64,000 bases of DNA from Octopus vulgaris (Eukaryota), in the NCBI GenBank assembly GCA_951406725.2, contig OX597823.1, positions 101,494,001-101,558,000 of the forward strand, given 5' to 3'. Every line of letters begins with the position of its first letter. The stretch's first letter is position 1. The notes beneath the pieces were generated by a model. The model did not search any database. It was not told where the DNA came from and saw only the letters and a program-made list of their open reading frames with translations. Made by a program: the position numbers and the translations under genes. Below are positions 39,358-52,457 of the stretch, in pieces.

Positions 39358-41063
39358 TAAATAATACGTGTTAAGGAGGAATGAAGTGCTGTACACCTGC
39401 ATTGACAGTGTATCAGGCACGTCATTTCTTCAATGTTTAATCCAGAGCTCACTCAACGCAATGCTAGCAACGGATTATACATTTTCGTTTTATCGGTCAA
39501 ATGGCCAACAATTCCAAATTCTTCACTGAAATCCTTAAACGTTACAGTACATCGTAATTATGCTAGCCTTAAATACTATCTCAACCATCTGAGCAACTGT
39601 AAGCTTTAGATATTTCATAAATCCTATTACCGAGGCTGATTCATTATTATATCAGTTGTCATCATGCTATGACCCCTTAAATATTACATCAATCACTATT
39701 ATTAGCACCATTACATCCCCTAGCTTAGTTCTTTATTATGGCTGATCAGCTATGCATTTTTACATCTAATGATTCTATTACGATCATCAATTTACCGATT
39801 TGATCATAGCACGCTATATTATGATATGAGATGGAACATGAATTATTCAACATGGCGGCATTGATTTCTTCAAGTAGTCTCTTGAGTGAGTTAGTTCAAG
39901 TCTTAACACTGGTCACGGTTGTCATAATTGTTGTTGTTCTTGGTGATGGTGTTAGTGAAGGTGAGGAGAATGGTGATGGTGGCCGTCGTTGTCATTGAGG
40001 CGATGGGAAAACTGTTGCTGGAGTTGTTGTTGCTGGTAAGGGAGCTGCTGGTGGTGGCGGTGGTGCTGGTGGGTCGTTCATTGCGGCTGTAGTCCAACAG
40101 TAATCATTAATGCTGTTGTTGTTGTTGTTAGTGTTGTTAGCGGTAAAGGACTGCAGGTAAGTAACTGTTATGGAAGACATAGTGGTTGTTGCTTTTGTCG
40201 TTGCTTGACTTATGATCAAAGCGTTCCGACCACGGCGGTGAAGAAGACCCTCTTTAGCTGAAGTTATTAATAAATTCGCTAATAGCAGAAACTGCTGTTG
40301 CTGTTGCTTTCATTGAGCAGCTCTATGATAAGAACGGTTTATCCGCGATAATCCAACCCTTTTTTCTTTTACAAACATTGTGTAATTAGGATTACATCTC
40401 ATTCGTTTAATGTGATTTATGAACTGAAAGAAGTTTGTAACAGATCAATTGATCGTATTAATCCAGTGGTTTTGGACCGAGTAGTTGCGACACCTGAGGG
40501 CAGTGGTTCTCAAGCTTCAATAGCTTAGTGCCCCCTTTCACAGAACGGCGTTTTATAAACAATCCTTCCATATATTTTGTCAAACCAACACAAATAATAA
40601 AAATGATTATTTTAATCAAACAGACGAAGCTGATTCTGCGCAGTGATTTATTATCCACATGTTCACATATTACGCTTTCCAGTATGTGTCTCTCTTTACA
40701 TATTTGCACGAGTTAGTGCTTCTTATATTAAATTTTTATGAAAATTACTAAAGAAGGCGAAGAACTATATAATCGGGACCTTTGTGCTGTGTCTAGCAGA
40801 TCGGACAGTCGACCATGTAGAAGCTTCCTCATTCGTTTATTTATCGTAGCAATCGTATGAGATGATCACTGTTAAAGCACTGGTGGTTCAAATCGTTTTC
40901 GACCAAAATAATTGATGAAGCAGGTTTATGATGAATGACATTCCACCCGTCACAATGCCATCGCTTTGTGTAATTCAATATTCACTTCATTATTCAATAT
41001 GCCAACCCTTTTGTAATAAGACATTGCATTGTAATCTGAGATATATGACGGACTACTATTTCT

Positions 41064-41352
41064 GGATCTTTACCATTTGACCGACAGATTTTTAAAAAAA
41101 ATTTGTAACGAAGCACTTTCAAACTTCGTATACTCGTAGAATGTGTCACATAAAACATCTTTGACTCTTGGAGTTGTTGAGAAAATTCTGTATTTTGAAA
41201 GTTATTTCTTGTTAAAGTAGTCCCATTTCGGTAATTTCAACCAATGAATGACGTGTATTCAGCTGAATAAAATTACTGCCGTTGTTTGTCAACAAGAACT
41301 ATCGGCGGTGTATATTTCGTTTTTAAATCTGTCGGTCAAAAGGTAAAGATTC
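41064..41352. mobile_element. 289-bp MITE with 28-bp TIRs and 8-bp TSD (Merlin-like)
   Basis: Left TIR GGATCTTTACCATTTGACCGACAGATTT; right TIR (reverse complement) GAATCTTTACCTTTTGACCGACAGATTT; CTATTTCT at 41056-41063 and 41353-41360. Confidence 0.85.
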
Positions 41353-42045
41353 CTATTTCTTGTAGGTTGAGATACTATGCAGTGTCTCCCCAGTTTGTTT
41401 GCTGAGTGCCAGTAAGTCCCAGTAATGTGCACAAGGCTGGAGGAAATGAACGAAGCGAACCTGGTAATAATGAAGGGAAGAGGTGATATGTTGCTTTCGT
41501 TCTTGTCGAGAATCATCGTATAGTAGTCACTAATATTTTAAATATTTCTAAAACTTGTCAGACGGAAGCAAAATAATTTCCATCTAACAATGGCGCCCCA
41601 AAATTCACAGATACGGTTGATGTTTATAAACGTCACAGAATCACAAAGCTAAAAGGTCATGTGACCACCATTAACGCAGATTAAACATCAAAGGAGTCTC
41701 GGATAGAACTTAATGGCAACAAAACGCGGTAGTAGCAAAAATCAACATCTGTGGAAAGTATTTAGTATGCATGCATATATGCATATATGCATGCGTCTAT
41801 ACTTGCATACATCGTATAAATACATGAAATGTATGCTTCCTATCATACTCACGGTAAGTTATGCACATAATCAAGTGTAATAATGCATGTGTATATTTTA
41901 AAAGTGCGTGTGCTTTTCTGAGTTTTTGTTATTACATATGTATGTGTGTGTGTCTGTTGTGTGCGACCACAACTATACGTATGGATATAAATAAATACAT
42001 ACATACACATACGTGCACACAGATGAAAGCATTGAAGTTTATATA

Positions 42046-42192
42046 GCTTCATCAAAGCATATACGTAATGTATGGCTAAAATAATTAAAGAACTATAAAC
42101 ACAGGATTTCACACATGCGCACTCTCAAGCACACTTTAGAATGAAAATATCAATCTGATCCTACGACGTATATATATGTATGTATATATATA

Positions 42193-42236
<44 letters not shown>

Positions 42237-42254
42237 CATATATATAAATACACA

Positions 42255-42320
<66 letters not shown>

Positions 42321-42332
42321 AATACACACGCG

Positions 42333-42384
<52 letters not shown>

Positions 42385-42549
42385 TAAATACACACGCGCG
42401 CGCGCACACACACACACACACACACATATATATACATATATACATATCTTCTTTCCTGGGCGTCCAATGACACTGTACTTGTTCCACGTCCTCGCGTTGT
42501 GTTTTCTCTTTGTTCATATTTGGTTTAGCTATACATATATACATACATG

Positions 42550-42607
<58 letters not shown>

Positions 42608-44105
42608 CATATATATATACATATATATATATATGTATATATGTATATATGTATATATGTATATATATAAAACATATACATATACACACATATATATATA
42701 TATATATTATATATATTATATATATATATATATATTATATATATATATATATCATCATCATATATATAGTCTTAATAAAATAGATGGAATGTGTAATAGA
42801 CTTCATTTATATACGAGGGGCGTTCAATAAGTAATGCCCCTGACCCACTTCCTATAGCAGTAGAGCAACGAAACCTGGCACAGTTATTAGTCTTTGTCTA
42901 CATAGGAAACACCCAGAGTTACGCATTTCTCCCATCGTTTGATGCAGCTCTGGAGACTGATTTTGTATAAGGCCCCAGCTTGGTCCTCCAACCACGACGT
43001 GACTTCAGAAATCAAGGCTGCATCATCTGGGAAATGCTTTCCTTTCAAAAACAACTTCATGGCTGGGAAGAGGTGAAAATCAGAGGGTGCAAGGTCAGGA
43101 GAGTAGGGGGTGCAGTTCATAGCCGCACGCCCGTGCTTCTGATCTGGCGACAAGCAGGTTGTGGACCAGAGCGTTGTCCAGCAGGAGGAGGATGCCTTTG
43201 CTGATCTTGCCCCGCCTCTTGATTTTGATAGCTTCTCTTAATTTCCTCAAAAGTGAAGCATAATAGGCTCCTGTAATTGTGGTACCCTTTGCCAGGAAAT
43301 CTGTCATCACTACTCCGTCCTGGTCCCAGAAGACTGTGAGCATGACCTTGCCAGCGGAGGGCTGCACCCTTGCCTTCTTTGGAGGAGGTGAGTCACGGTG
43401 CTTCCACTGCATTGACTGGGCTTTGGTCTCTGGATCATAGTGATGGACCCAGGTTTCATCCTGTGTAATCAGTCTTTTGAAAAATTTTGACTCATCTTCT
43501 TGGCACATCTCCAAATTCATCCTCGTGCACTCGACGCGTTCTTGCTTCTGGAAAGGTGTGAGCAACCTGGGAATCCATCTTGCAGACACCTTTTGCATAT
43601 CCAAATGGTCATGAATGATAGTTTCCACAGACCCGGTACTAATCTTGACCTCATGGGCTATTTGGTGAATAGTTATGCGTCGATCTTCCAAAGTGGCAGC
43701 CTCAACTTGACGGACAGATGCCTCATCAATGGCAGAAGGGGGGCGACCAGATCTGGGAGCTGTTTCCACAGAGTTCCGACCATGTTTAAATTCACGATGC
43801 CAGCGTTTTACAAGGTCATATGATGGGGCATCATCACCATAAGTTACTTTCATTTCATCAAAAGTCTTCCGTGGTGTGCGTCCTTTCAAATACAAAAACC
43901 GGATCACTGCTCGACAATCAACAGGCTCCATTTCATACTTGACTCAGTTCAAACACCTGTAAATCAGAAACCGCAATTAGTCCAGAGCTGTAATTTGCCA
44001 AGTAATCTATAGAGATATTAATAATTGCACATGCAAAATTTCAGCTAGATCAAATAACTGCAAGTGGGTCAGGAGCATTACTCATTGAACGTCCCTCGTA
44101 TATAC

Positions 44106-44144
<39 letters not shown>

Positions 44145-44612
44145 TTGGGAGGGAAGGAGGGAAAGAGTAAGTTAGATACATATATGTAAATATGACGTAT
44201 AAACACACAAACACGTGCATTGTTCTATGTATGCATTCACTCATTTGAATAATTTCTTAATTAGACCGTGAGTTTTAAGCAATACTGTCGCGCGCGCGCA
44301 CACACACGCAAACAGATATACGCATAGCTATATGAATACATACATGAATACATACGTACATACATACAGGTAAATATACATATCTACACACGTGCGCGCG
44401 CTTTTGTGTATGTGTATGTGTGTGTAATTTGTAATTTGTTCTTTATATATATATTTATATATATATATATATACACATACATATATATACGTAGTAGGAT
44501 CAGATTGATGTTTTCATTATAAAGTGTGCTTGAGAGTGCGCATGTGTGAAATCCTGTCATTATAGTTCTTCGATTATTTTAGCCATACATTACGTATATG
44601 CTTTGATGAAGC
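42046..44612. repeat. Pair of inverted repeats of about 125 bp (42046-42170 and 44488-44612) enclosing microsatellites and a mariner
   Basis: Arms are reverse complements with few mismatches. Confidence 0.85.
42814..44098 (-). mobile_element. Full-length mariner transposon (1285 bp), TA TSD, single visible frameshift
   Basis: TIRs CGAGGGGCGTTCAATAAGTAATGCCCCTGACCCACTT and its imperfect inverse, flanked by TA. ORF 43931-42887 has WIPRLL, TQDETW, DNA and YSPDLAPSD; frameshift near 43110. Confidence 0.95.
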
Positions 44613-44853
44613 GATAGGTTCGCCGACGAACCTATTTTACACAATTCTTATTTGTTTAAAAAATAAAAATATAGTTTTTAGTATCAAACTATGAGAAAGT
44701 GAGATAGGGACCTGATGATTGGGGTTATATTTTAAGAAAGGTTCCAGCAAAACACGGCGTGGTTAAGGAACCGGGAAATGTACCTCAAGAAACATGTGTA
44801 GCCAAGCTATAAAGTAGTAAGTATTTAAATTAAAATTCTTTCATATGGTGGGA

Positions 44854-44894
<41 letters not shown>

Positions 44895-45734
44895 CCCTTC
44901 AAGGTGTTGCTTCAGCATGACCGCAGTCATTGGGCTGAAACAAGTAAAAGAATAAAAGAATATATATATACCTGTTGTGTGAAATAGATGCGAGTATGTG
45001 TGCGCGTGCGAGTGTGTGTGTGTGTGTTTTAACCTTGGGTTTCTAAAAGTGCGTGTGCTGCATGTATCTGGTCATCGAGATACTCACTGATAAAATTGTG
45101 TTCGATAACTATGTTTTGCCGACTTCATTTTAGCTGAGTATACGATTTCTATTTTTAAGCCTCTTCTCCAAGTAAACAATTGTTTCGTTGTTGTTAAATG
45201 ATGGAAGACTCTTTGTTTTCGTAATGTCCTCTGCTGCCGACAAGCATCTAATTCGTGTTATTACCAACACAGCTCGGGCTAAATCTTATGAAGTTCTTGT
45301 TAAAGATTTTATAGTCGCTCAGCAATCGAGGAGTATCACTATTGTTGTTGTGTGGACGCCCCCAGACGATGAAGTAGGCTAGCCCAATACGTAGATATAG
45401 AGGGAGAAGTCTAGACGTCGAGGCAGACCAGAGTAGTAGAGGCACCACCTGTAGTGGATTTAGTAGAAATCGAACCACTAATGAAATGTTACTAAAAAGT
45501 AAATAAGAATGTCAAATCGGCAGGAAAAGAAAAAAGAAAAAGGAGAAAAAAGGTAAATGAAAGAGTAAGTGTTTTATGTTATGTTTAATAATATCGGAAA
45601 ATAGAAGAACGATTTTAGAGAACGTATATAACGGTTCAAATAATTGTAATGGTAGACGATAATTAATTGTTAGTTAAATACATGATAAAAACGGACAGTT
45701 TGAAAATATTAATGGTAATGCATGTGATGAGGGG

Positions 45735-45863
45735 CGCATGCAGCCATTCATAACCCCATTATTGTATCTCATCATATTCGTTCTATGTATTGTCCCCTCT
45801 GTGGTGTCCTGTCTGTCCTTGTTTGTCCCCCTCTATTTTTGGGCCCTTGTGGCTAATAAAGAA
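45735..45863 (+). mobile_element. 3' tail fragment of a non-LTR element sharing its terminus with the SINE at 58325-58555
   Basis: ...CTGTCCTTGTTTGTCCCCCTCT...CCCTTGTGGCTAATAAAGAAA resembles the SINE tail ...CTGTTCTTGTTTATCCCCTCTGTG...CCCTTGTGGGTAGTAAAGAAA. Confidence 0.55.
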
Positions 45864-46869
45864 ACCGAACAGAGTAGTAGAGGCATCCGAACGTGCGACA
45901 TAACAATTGTACAGTTAAGAAAGTTGTGGCGATCTGAATACCGCATCCGGGCTCTGCGAATGATTAACCAGGTCATGCTACACCTGTAAAGTTCATTATG
46001 GTTTTGCGAGGTGTTAAAAGGTGGTATGTATATTATATTCCTTTGTATTGCCTCTTTTAAAGCGTAGTTGATGTAGTTTGATGAACAGTTAAAAATGTAT
46101 TCATCTGTCGAAATGTTTGAAATGTGACAGCTAATGTTATTTATAAAATTCTTCAAGATAACCACAAGCTTTATAAATTTGGAAAGAACCAGAACTACCA
46201 TCCCTATAATTTCAACTCATGATTTATTTTACAGTAACAAGTGAACTTCACCGGAGTCAATGTAATTTATTGAAACAATTTAAAGGAATACTCGCAACAT
46301 AGCCGCAGTCCAACAACTGATATCAGTTTTAAAAAAAAGTATAAAATGATTAAGAATAAAATATCTTTTAAGGAGTTCAGGAAGAAATAGAAAGAGAAAA
46401 GAGAGTGTAGACAGGGAATATGTGAAAATCTTTCAAAAAAAGAAAAAAAAAAAGAGGGAAGAAAAGGGTAAGGAGGGATATTAGTGGTGAATCATTTGTT
46501 AGTTATCACAAGACTTTCCAGCGAGAATAACGCCCATGTCAATGTATTTAGAAAATGGTTGAGTTGAAAAATCAGTTAGATCGAGGTCATTTTTTGATGA
46601 ATAATCTCATTGGTGAAAGGTTATTTCTCATGAAGAAATTGCGTAAAAAGGGAAGTTGACTGACTTCAACTGTAGGGGCAGATAAACATTTTAAAGTATT
46701 TGAACAATTTAAAACTGTTTATACAAACAAGGAAATAGTAGTTCTCAATAGCGAATAAAAATTGGGAGATTGAAAAGTATCATTTCATATGATTCAAAAA
46801 ATGTAAAGGAGATATTTTTTGTTGGAATAGGAACACTGTTTCTTAGAAAACCAAGTATTTTAGCGAAAG

Positions 46870-46922
<53 letters not shown>

Positions 46923-49900
46923 GTTGAGAAAAAACGGGGAAAAAACAAACGTTGGGGTCAGGGTATCGAATGAGACGAAACGTATGAATAAACAAACAAT
47001 TAAAATATATACAATTAAATGAGAATGAGTGATTAACAAAAAATGAAGCGGAGGACGCGGTTGACCCCACAAACCACATACTCACACTGAAGACTTTGCT
47101 TTCTCCTTTTTTACATTCTCGATTAAACAGGTTCTTTCACTCGCAACATACTTGCTATATGCTTCCATCTTTTACGAAACACACTTTGTGACAGGCATTT
47201 CTTCTCCGGCCTTATTTTCCGTTTCATGTGGAAAACGAAAAAGTCGATTAGCTCGAGACTGGAGATAAACATGCCTGTTGCAATTCCTTTCACTCTCGTC
47301 TTCCATACTACTTCTTTCGCCACAGCAACTACCGAGAGAAAACAGGCTCGCTCCTCCCTATTCGGCGGAACGATCTTAATTACAGATTCGCTCGACAGTT
47401 GTACTCTTCTCGAATGCGACAGCAGGTGTTCGACATAATCCCAGAGTTCAGTCACCTTGGGGCATTGCACAATCGCGTGCAGGACAGTTTCACTGTTCCT
47501 CTCACATCTTGCACAAACCGGCGAAGGTGCACACCCATGTCTAAAGAGCTTATCTCGAACCGCTAAAGCTCCTCTGTAACATTGCCAGGCCAGAGACTTT
47601 TGGTAATTATCCATAGGCCCCGGACCGAATGTTCTTTGGAACAGGCTGGCCAGTTGATTTTCGTCGAAGCCCAGGGTTTCTCCCAGGACGTCGTTACAGT
47701 TAAACTCTACTAACCATCTATAGAAGAACGAGGTAGTACCCCCACCACCGGCGTTGCCCGACTGAGAGAGAAGCACGAGTGCCTGATGGCACTCTACATG
47801 CCACACGTCCAATCGGTCTACACTTGATCCATGGGTTCAGTTTGGTAAACGATGTGAACTGCGGAAATAACAGCTTGACGAACGGAGACCACACCTGCTC
47901 ACCGTCCAGTAAAGCCAGAGGTGCCTAAGCCTGAGCGCATGTCTGCGCATCTTTAGCCACGGCATCCCTAACCCACCCTTCAGCAGCTTTTGGCAGCAAA
48001 TAGAGCGCCTTACAAGAGGTCTGCTGCTCCTCCACAAAAAGCGAAAGAGCATGCGTTCCAGCTTGTTCAGCTACGAATCGGGGCAAGGCACGACGGTCAG
48101 GCGGTAAGCGATTACAAAGACGATAAACACCTCAGCAACCTCCCTTTCAAGGACAGCTTCTGCTCAGACCAGGTCTGAGTTAGGAGAGACACCTTTCTCG
48201 CTACCTCGCTCCAATTCTTCTCTATCTGGAGATCTGGACCTAACCAGATTCCAAGCATTTTCACCGGCCCTTCCGTCCAACGTCCTACGACGCTGTCGGA
48301 AGACATCGACTTGCCTCTCCAGGTGCCGAGTTGCAAGCCGACCGATTTATCCCGGTTGACTTCCGCTCCTGCCACCGCTTCGTAGTCCATTAAGGCCTCA
48401 CCCACCCACTGTAGGTGCTCGACTCGGGATACGATGACGGTGATGTCGTCCGCATACGCCGAAGCTGACTTTCCGCACCCTAGAGCTTGCGGAGTGCCCC
48501 TCATAGTTTCCAACCTCCTCAGCAACGGCTCGAGGGCCAAAACGTAGAGAAGCGGGGAGAGAGGACACCATTGACGTACCGAACGTTCAAAGCAGAACGG
48601 CTCCGAAAAGAAACCATTCACCCGAACTACCGATTCGATGTTGCTGTATAAAGCGTTGATCCATCCGCGGAAGGTCGGGCCGAAGCCAGCCGCCGTGAGG
48701 ACCGCCGCCAGATACTGATGGTCCACCCTATCGAACGCTTTCGATTGGTCCAAGTGGACCATAGCCCCACCCTTGCCAGGAATCCTATTTACCCTTTCTA
48801 AGGCATAGCGTAGAAAGTGGAGATTGTCGTGGATGGTCCTTCCAGGGATGGCGCAAGTTTGCGCCTCGCCAACAAGTTCACCCACGACCCTCGCCAACCT
48901 TTTTGCTAAGATCTTGGCCAAAATCTTCAACTCTGCGTTAAGCAGAGCGATGGGCCGAAAATTATCAATTAAATCCCCCTTGTTTGGGTCCTTTCTTAAC
49001 AGTGCTACCATCCCTCGACCCACAGACTTAGGAATTCTCCCGTTCTGCTGCCAGTTGGTGTACACGCATGCAAGTAGGTGCCCAAACAAGTCTGGTATGC
49101 TACTATAGAGTTCGTAAGGCAGACCATCGAGTCCCGGTGATTTGTCCCCGCCGCAGTCTGCCAACACATCCTCGACTTCTTTGGCTGTGATCGGCGCCTC
49201 ACGAGATTCCGCGTCCGGCCTCGATAGACGCGGCGAACCAGCTAGGAAGTCTGCGAGCTTCTCCCCGCGCTCCAGTCCGCCGCTCCTCCCGAATAGTTGG
49301 GCAAAATGATCGTGAAACACCTTGCACATCTCCTCGGGTTCCTTTACTGATCGACCATTTGGGCCCGTCAAAGATCGAATGGTTGAGTTGTTGCCACGCT
49401 GGCCCTCTACCACGCGGGCCCATCGTTGATCCCTTCCTGTCTCATTGCACGGATCTTAGCCCTGACAATGCACCCTTCATGTTTAGCTTTGAGATGTTGG
49501 TCGAGTGCCAACCTCGCCGCTAACACTTTCGATGCACTGCCTGACCTCATTGCCTCATCTATTGCCTTAACTAGTTCCTTTTCTACTTTGTTTCTAGCAC
49601 TAGCTAATTCTTTGCTAAACCTAATTGACTCAAATTTAATGGCACTTTTCAGGGCGTACCATCATTTGTTGTTGATAATGGATCCGGTTAACGCCCTCAT
49701 TACGAATTGTTTAATCCGATTCCTGTAGGCTTCACAGTCCAATAGTGACTTGTTTAGCTTCCAGTAACCGGTATCTCGTCTACACATGCTATCTATGTCG
49801 AGCGTACAGGTCACTAATTTGTGATCGCTGTAGCTGACGATATGGTGTTGTGGACAGCTAAGTATTTTCTTATCTTTCCTTCTAGTTATTATTCTATCTA

Positions 49901-52317
49901 TGTAAGATCTGGATGACTCGTCGTTTCTTCCCCAGGTCCATGCTGGAGTGTCTGGGTGGTCCAGTCTGAATCGATCTGGTAACTCGAAACGACTTAGCAG
50001 ATCGTTGAGGTGAGGTAATCCCCTCCTATTCTTTCTCGAGCCAACATAATCTACGCGTGCATCGCAAATTATGTTGAAGTCATCTAGCAATACTAACGTG
50101 TTCGAGTGCCAAGAAAATTCTCTAGGCTTTTGAAGTAATCTTTCTGCCCGGCTTTTCCTTCGCCGGGAGCCTAGACAGCGACCAGCCTGAACACTTTACC
50201 ACTGCTGTGCGTCACATCCAAAACGACCAACCTGCCTTCCGGATCTATAAAGACAGTTCTAATCTCTAAATCCAGTTTTTTTTTCTGACCAGCACTGCCA
50301 CTCCTCCGCCCCCTCCAGGTCGACAGGGAGAAATGTATTTCTCGTAGCCGTTTAGAAGGGGCGAAAAAGCCTGCAGCCCACTCAGTCTGGATTCGGTAAT
50401 TACAACTACATCCAAACGATGCGACCTAAGGTCGTTAAGGAGGTAGCCTTGCTTCCAATACGACCCCAGGCCGCGAATATTTATACAACCGAGTTTAAAC
50501 CAGAATGTGAAAAATTAGTCGAATGTTTAAAACTTACTGTTTTAACGGAAGAGAGGGTGTAGTTTCACCCTCCTCTTTTCTGTCTGTGAGTGTTGTGTTT
50601 TGTGAGATCACTTTTTTCGCGAATTGCCTGTACATATAGCTCGAAAAGTTCATCTGTAACGGGCCGACGTCCTCCGCAAAAGATTTTTTTAGTTCAAAAT
50701 AGTCAAAGTTATCTATAGTATAAAATTCGACATTTTCAGAAATAGTATTATTTACATCTGTTGCGATATATTTTTCGCCGATTTCATTAAAATAATTTTG
50801 TCTCTTAATAGTTTATTATTTTTGTTTATCGCCGTGAAGGTGTTTCTCTTTTTTATGTTAGGCGATTGTGGAGGGGTGTGTGTGTTTGTGTGTGTGGGGG
50901 GGTGCTTGTAGAAGCGAGGGTGTTTGTAGGTGTGTGTGTGTATGTGTTTGTGTGTGCTTTTTCCAGTGTGTGTGTTTTTTTGGCTACGTGTGTGTTTGCG
51001 ACTGGATTTGTGGGTGTGAGCGTGCTTGTCTGTCTCGGAGCATAGTCCTGTGTATCCGAAGAGGGTGGGTTTTTCCGTTTCCGTCTTCTTTTTGACGGTT
51101 CTACGGTGACCCACTCCTGGATGTTGTTGTTGTCGTTGTAGTTGTTGTTGTTGTTGTTGTTGTTTTCTCTCGCTGTCGGCTGAACTTCGGCAATTGGGGT
51201 GCGCGACGTGGCTACTATTTCTAGCAGTGTGGTTGTTGTCTTTGGCGTCGTGCTTGCCTCTTCTGCAGCATTTTCTTTGGCTGTCTTCTTCTTACAGCTC
51301 GACCTTATGTGGCCTTTCTCTCCACATTTGTAACACCTGGGCTTTCTCCCCTCGACTACCACCATCATGCTGGTATCTTCTCCAATTGTAAGGGAACTGA
51401 CAATTTTTCTAAGTCTGAGGGTTTGCTTGGATCACAAGCTCTAAATCTTGTCTAAACCAGTTCATGTGGCGGCATCTCTTAGACTGAAGAATTGCAATTT
51501 CTTCTTCTTTGCCTAAGAGAATAGCGCCTATGACAAAGGCCACATCTATTTCGGGTGGAACATCCGTGACTGTTATTTTCGAAGTTCTCTTTCCTAAATA
51601 TGTCGGGAGGAGAACTACATCTTCCGACTTCAATGCCCTTGTTTAATGTTCCCTAGTTTTTTCTTCGCTAGGGAAACGCACCTCTACAGCGCCGAAGCGA
51701 CTAGCCCTCGTTATATAACTTGTTTGTTGCCATATCGGCCTCAAGCATTTTTCTATCGCTTCCCTCGGTACAAAATCGATTTTTTTTATTTTTGACATTA
51801 TATATCTTGTATATGACAGTTTTTCTCTCCGTCGCGTAAATTAATTCACTGGGAGGGAGCAACTTCACATTATCGCCTTCTTTTTTTTTAGTAAACTTTG
51901 GTATTTCTTTTATTCTTCTTTGTTAATAACTATATTTTCACAGGGGCGAGTTGCTGCACTCGCAAAATTTATTTTTGACTTTTCCTGTTGTTTAGTAGCC
52001 TCGCTAGAAATCTTGTCGTCTTCTTTTATAACGCTCGCGTGAGACGCCTCTTTACTTTCACCTTCTTCCTCTCACATATTCGCCTTCATGCCTTCAAACA
52101 AATTTTCAACGTTTTCCTCCGACTCGGAAGAAATTAGTGGCAAATTCATGTTTTTCGTACCTTCATCCTTGAAACAAGGGGGAAATAACAGCAAAACTCT
52201 GCTGCAACAGCAGAGAAGAAGTGGTCTCGACGACCAAACAGCAAATTTTCAAAATTTTCAGCACAAAAACAATCTTTCACTGCGGAGCAAAGAATAACAC
52301 GACCGATCAAAAGAAGA
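46923..52317 (-). mobile_element. Near full-length Tx1 (L1 clade) LINE, disrupted, flanked on both sides by (GA)n/(TC)n
   Basis: ORF1 about 52149-50550 with CCHC knuckle CYKCGEKGHIRSSC. ORF2 about 50500-47123 with APE (CINIRGL, SDHKLV, GYWKLN), RT (KSPGLDG, LDQSKAFD, CPLSP, SAYADDI), GGLG and zinc finger CARC...ETVLHAIVQC. Confidence 0.92.
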
Positions 52318-52323
52318 GGGAGA

Positions 52324-52384
<61 letters not shown>

Positions 52385-52411
52385 AGTGAGAGAGAGAGTG
52401 TGTGAGTGAGT

Positions 52412-52457
<46 letters not shown>

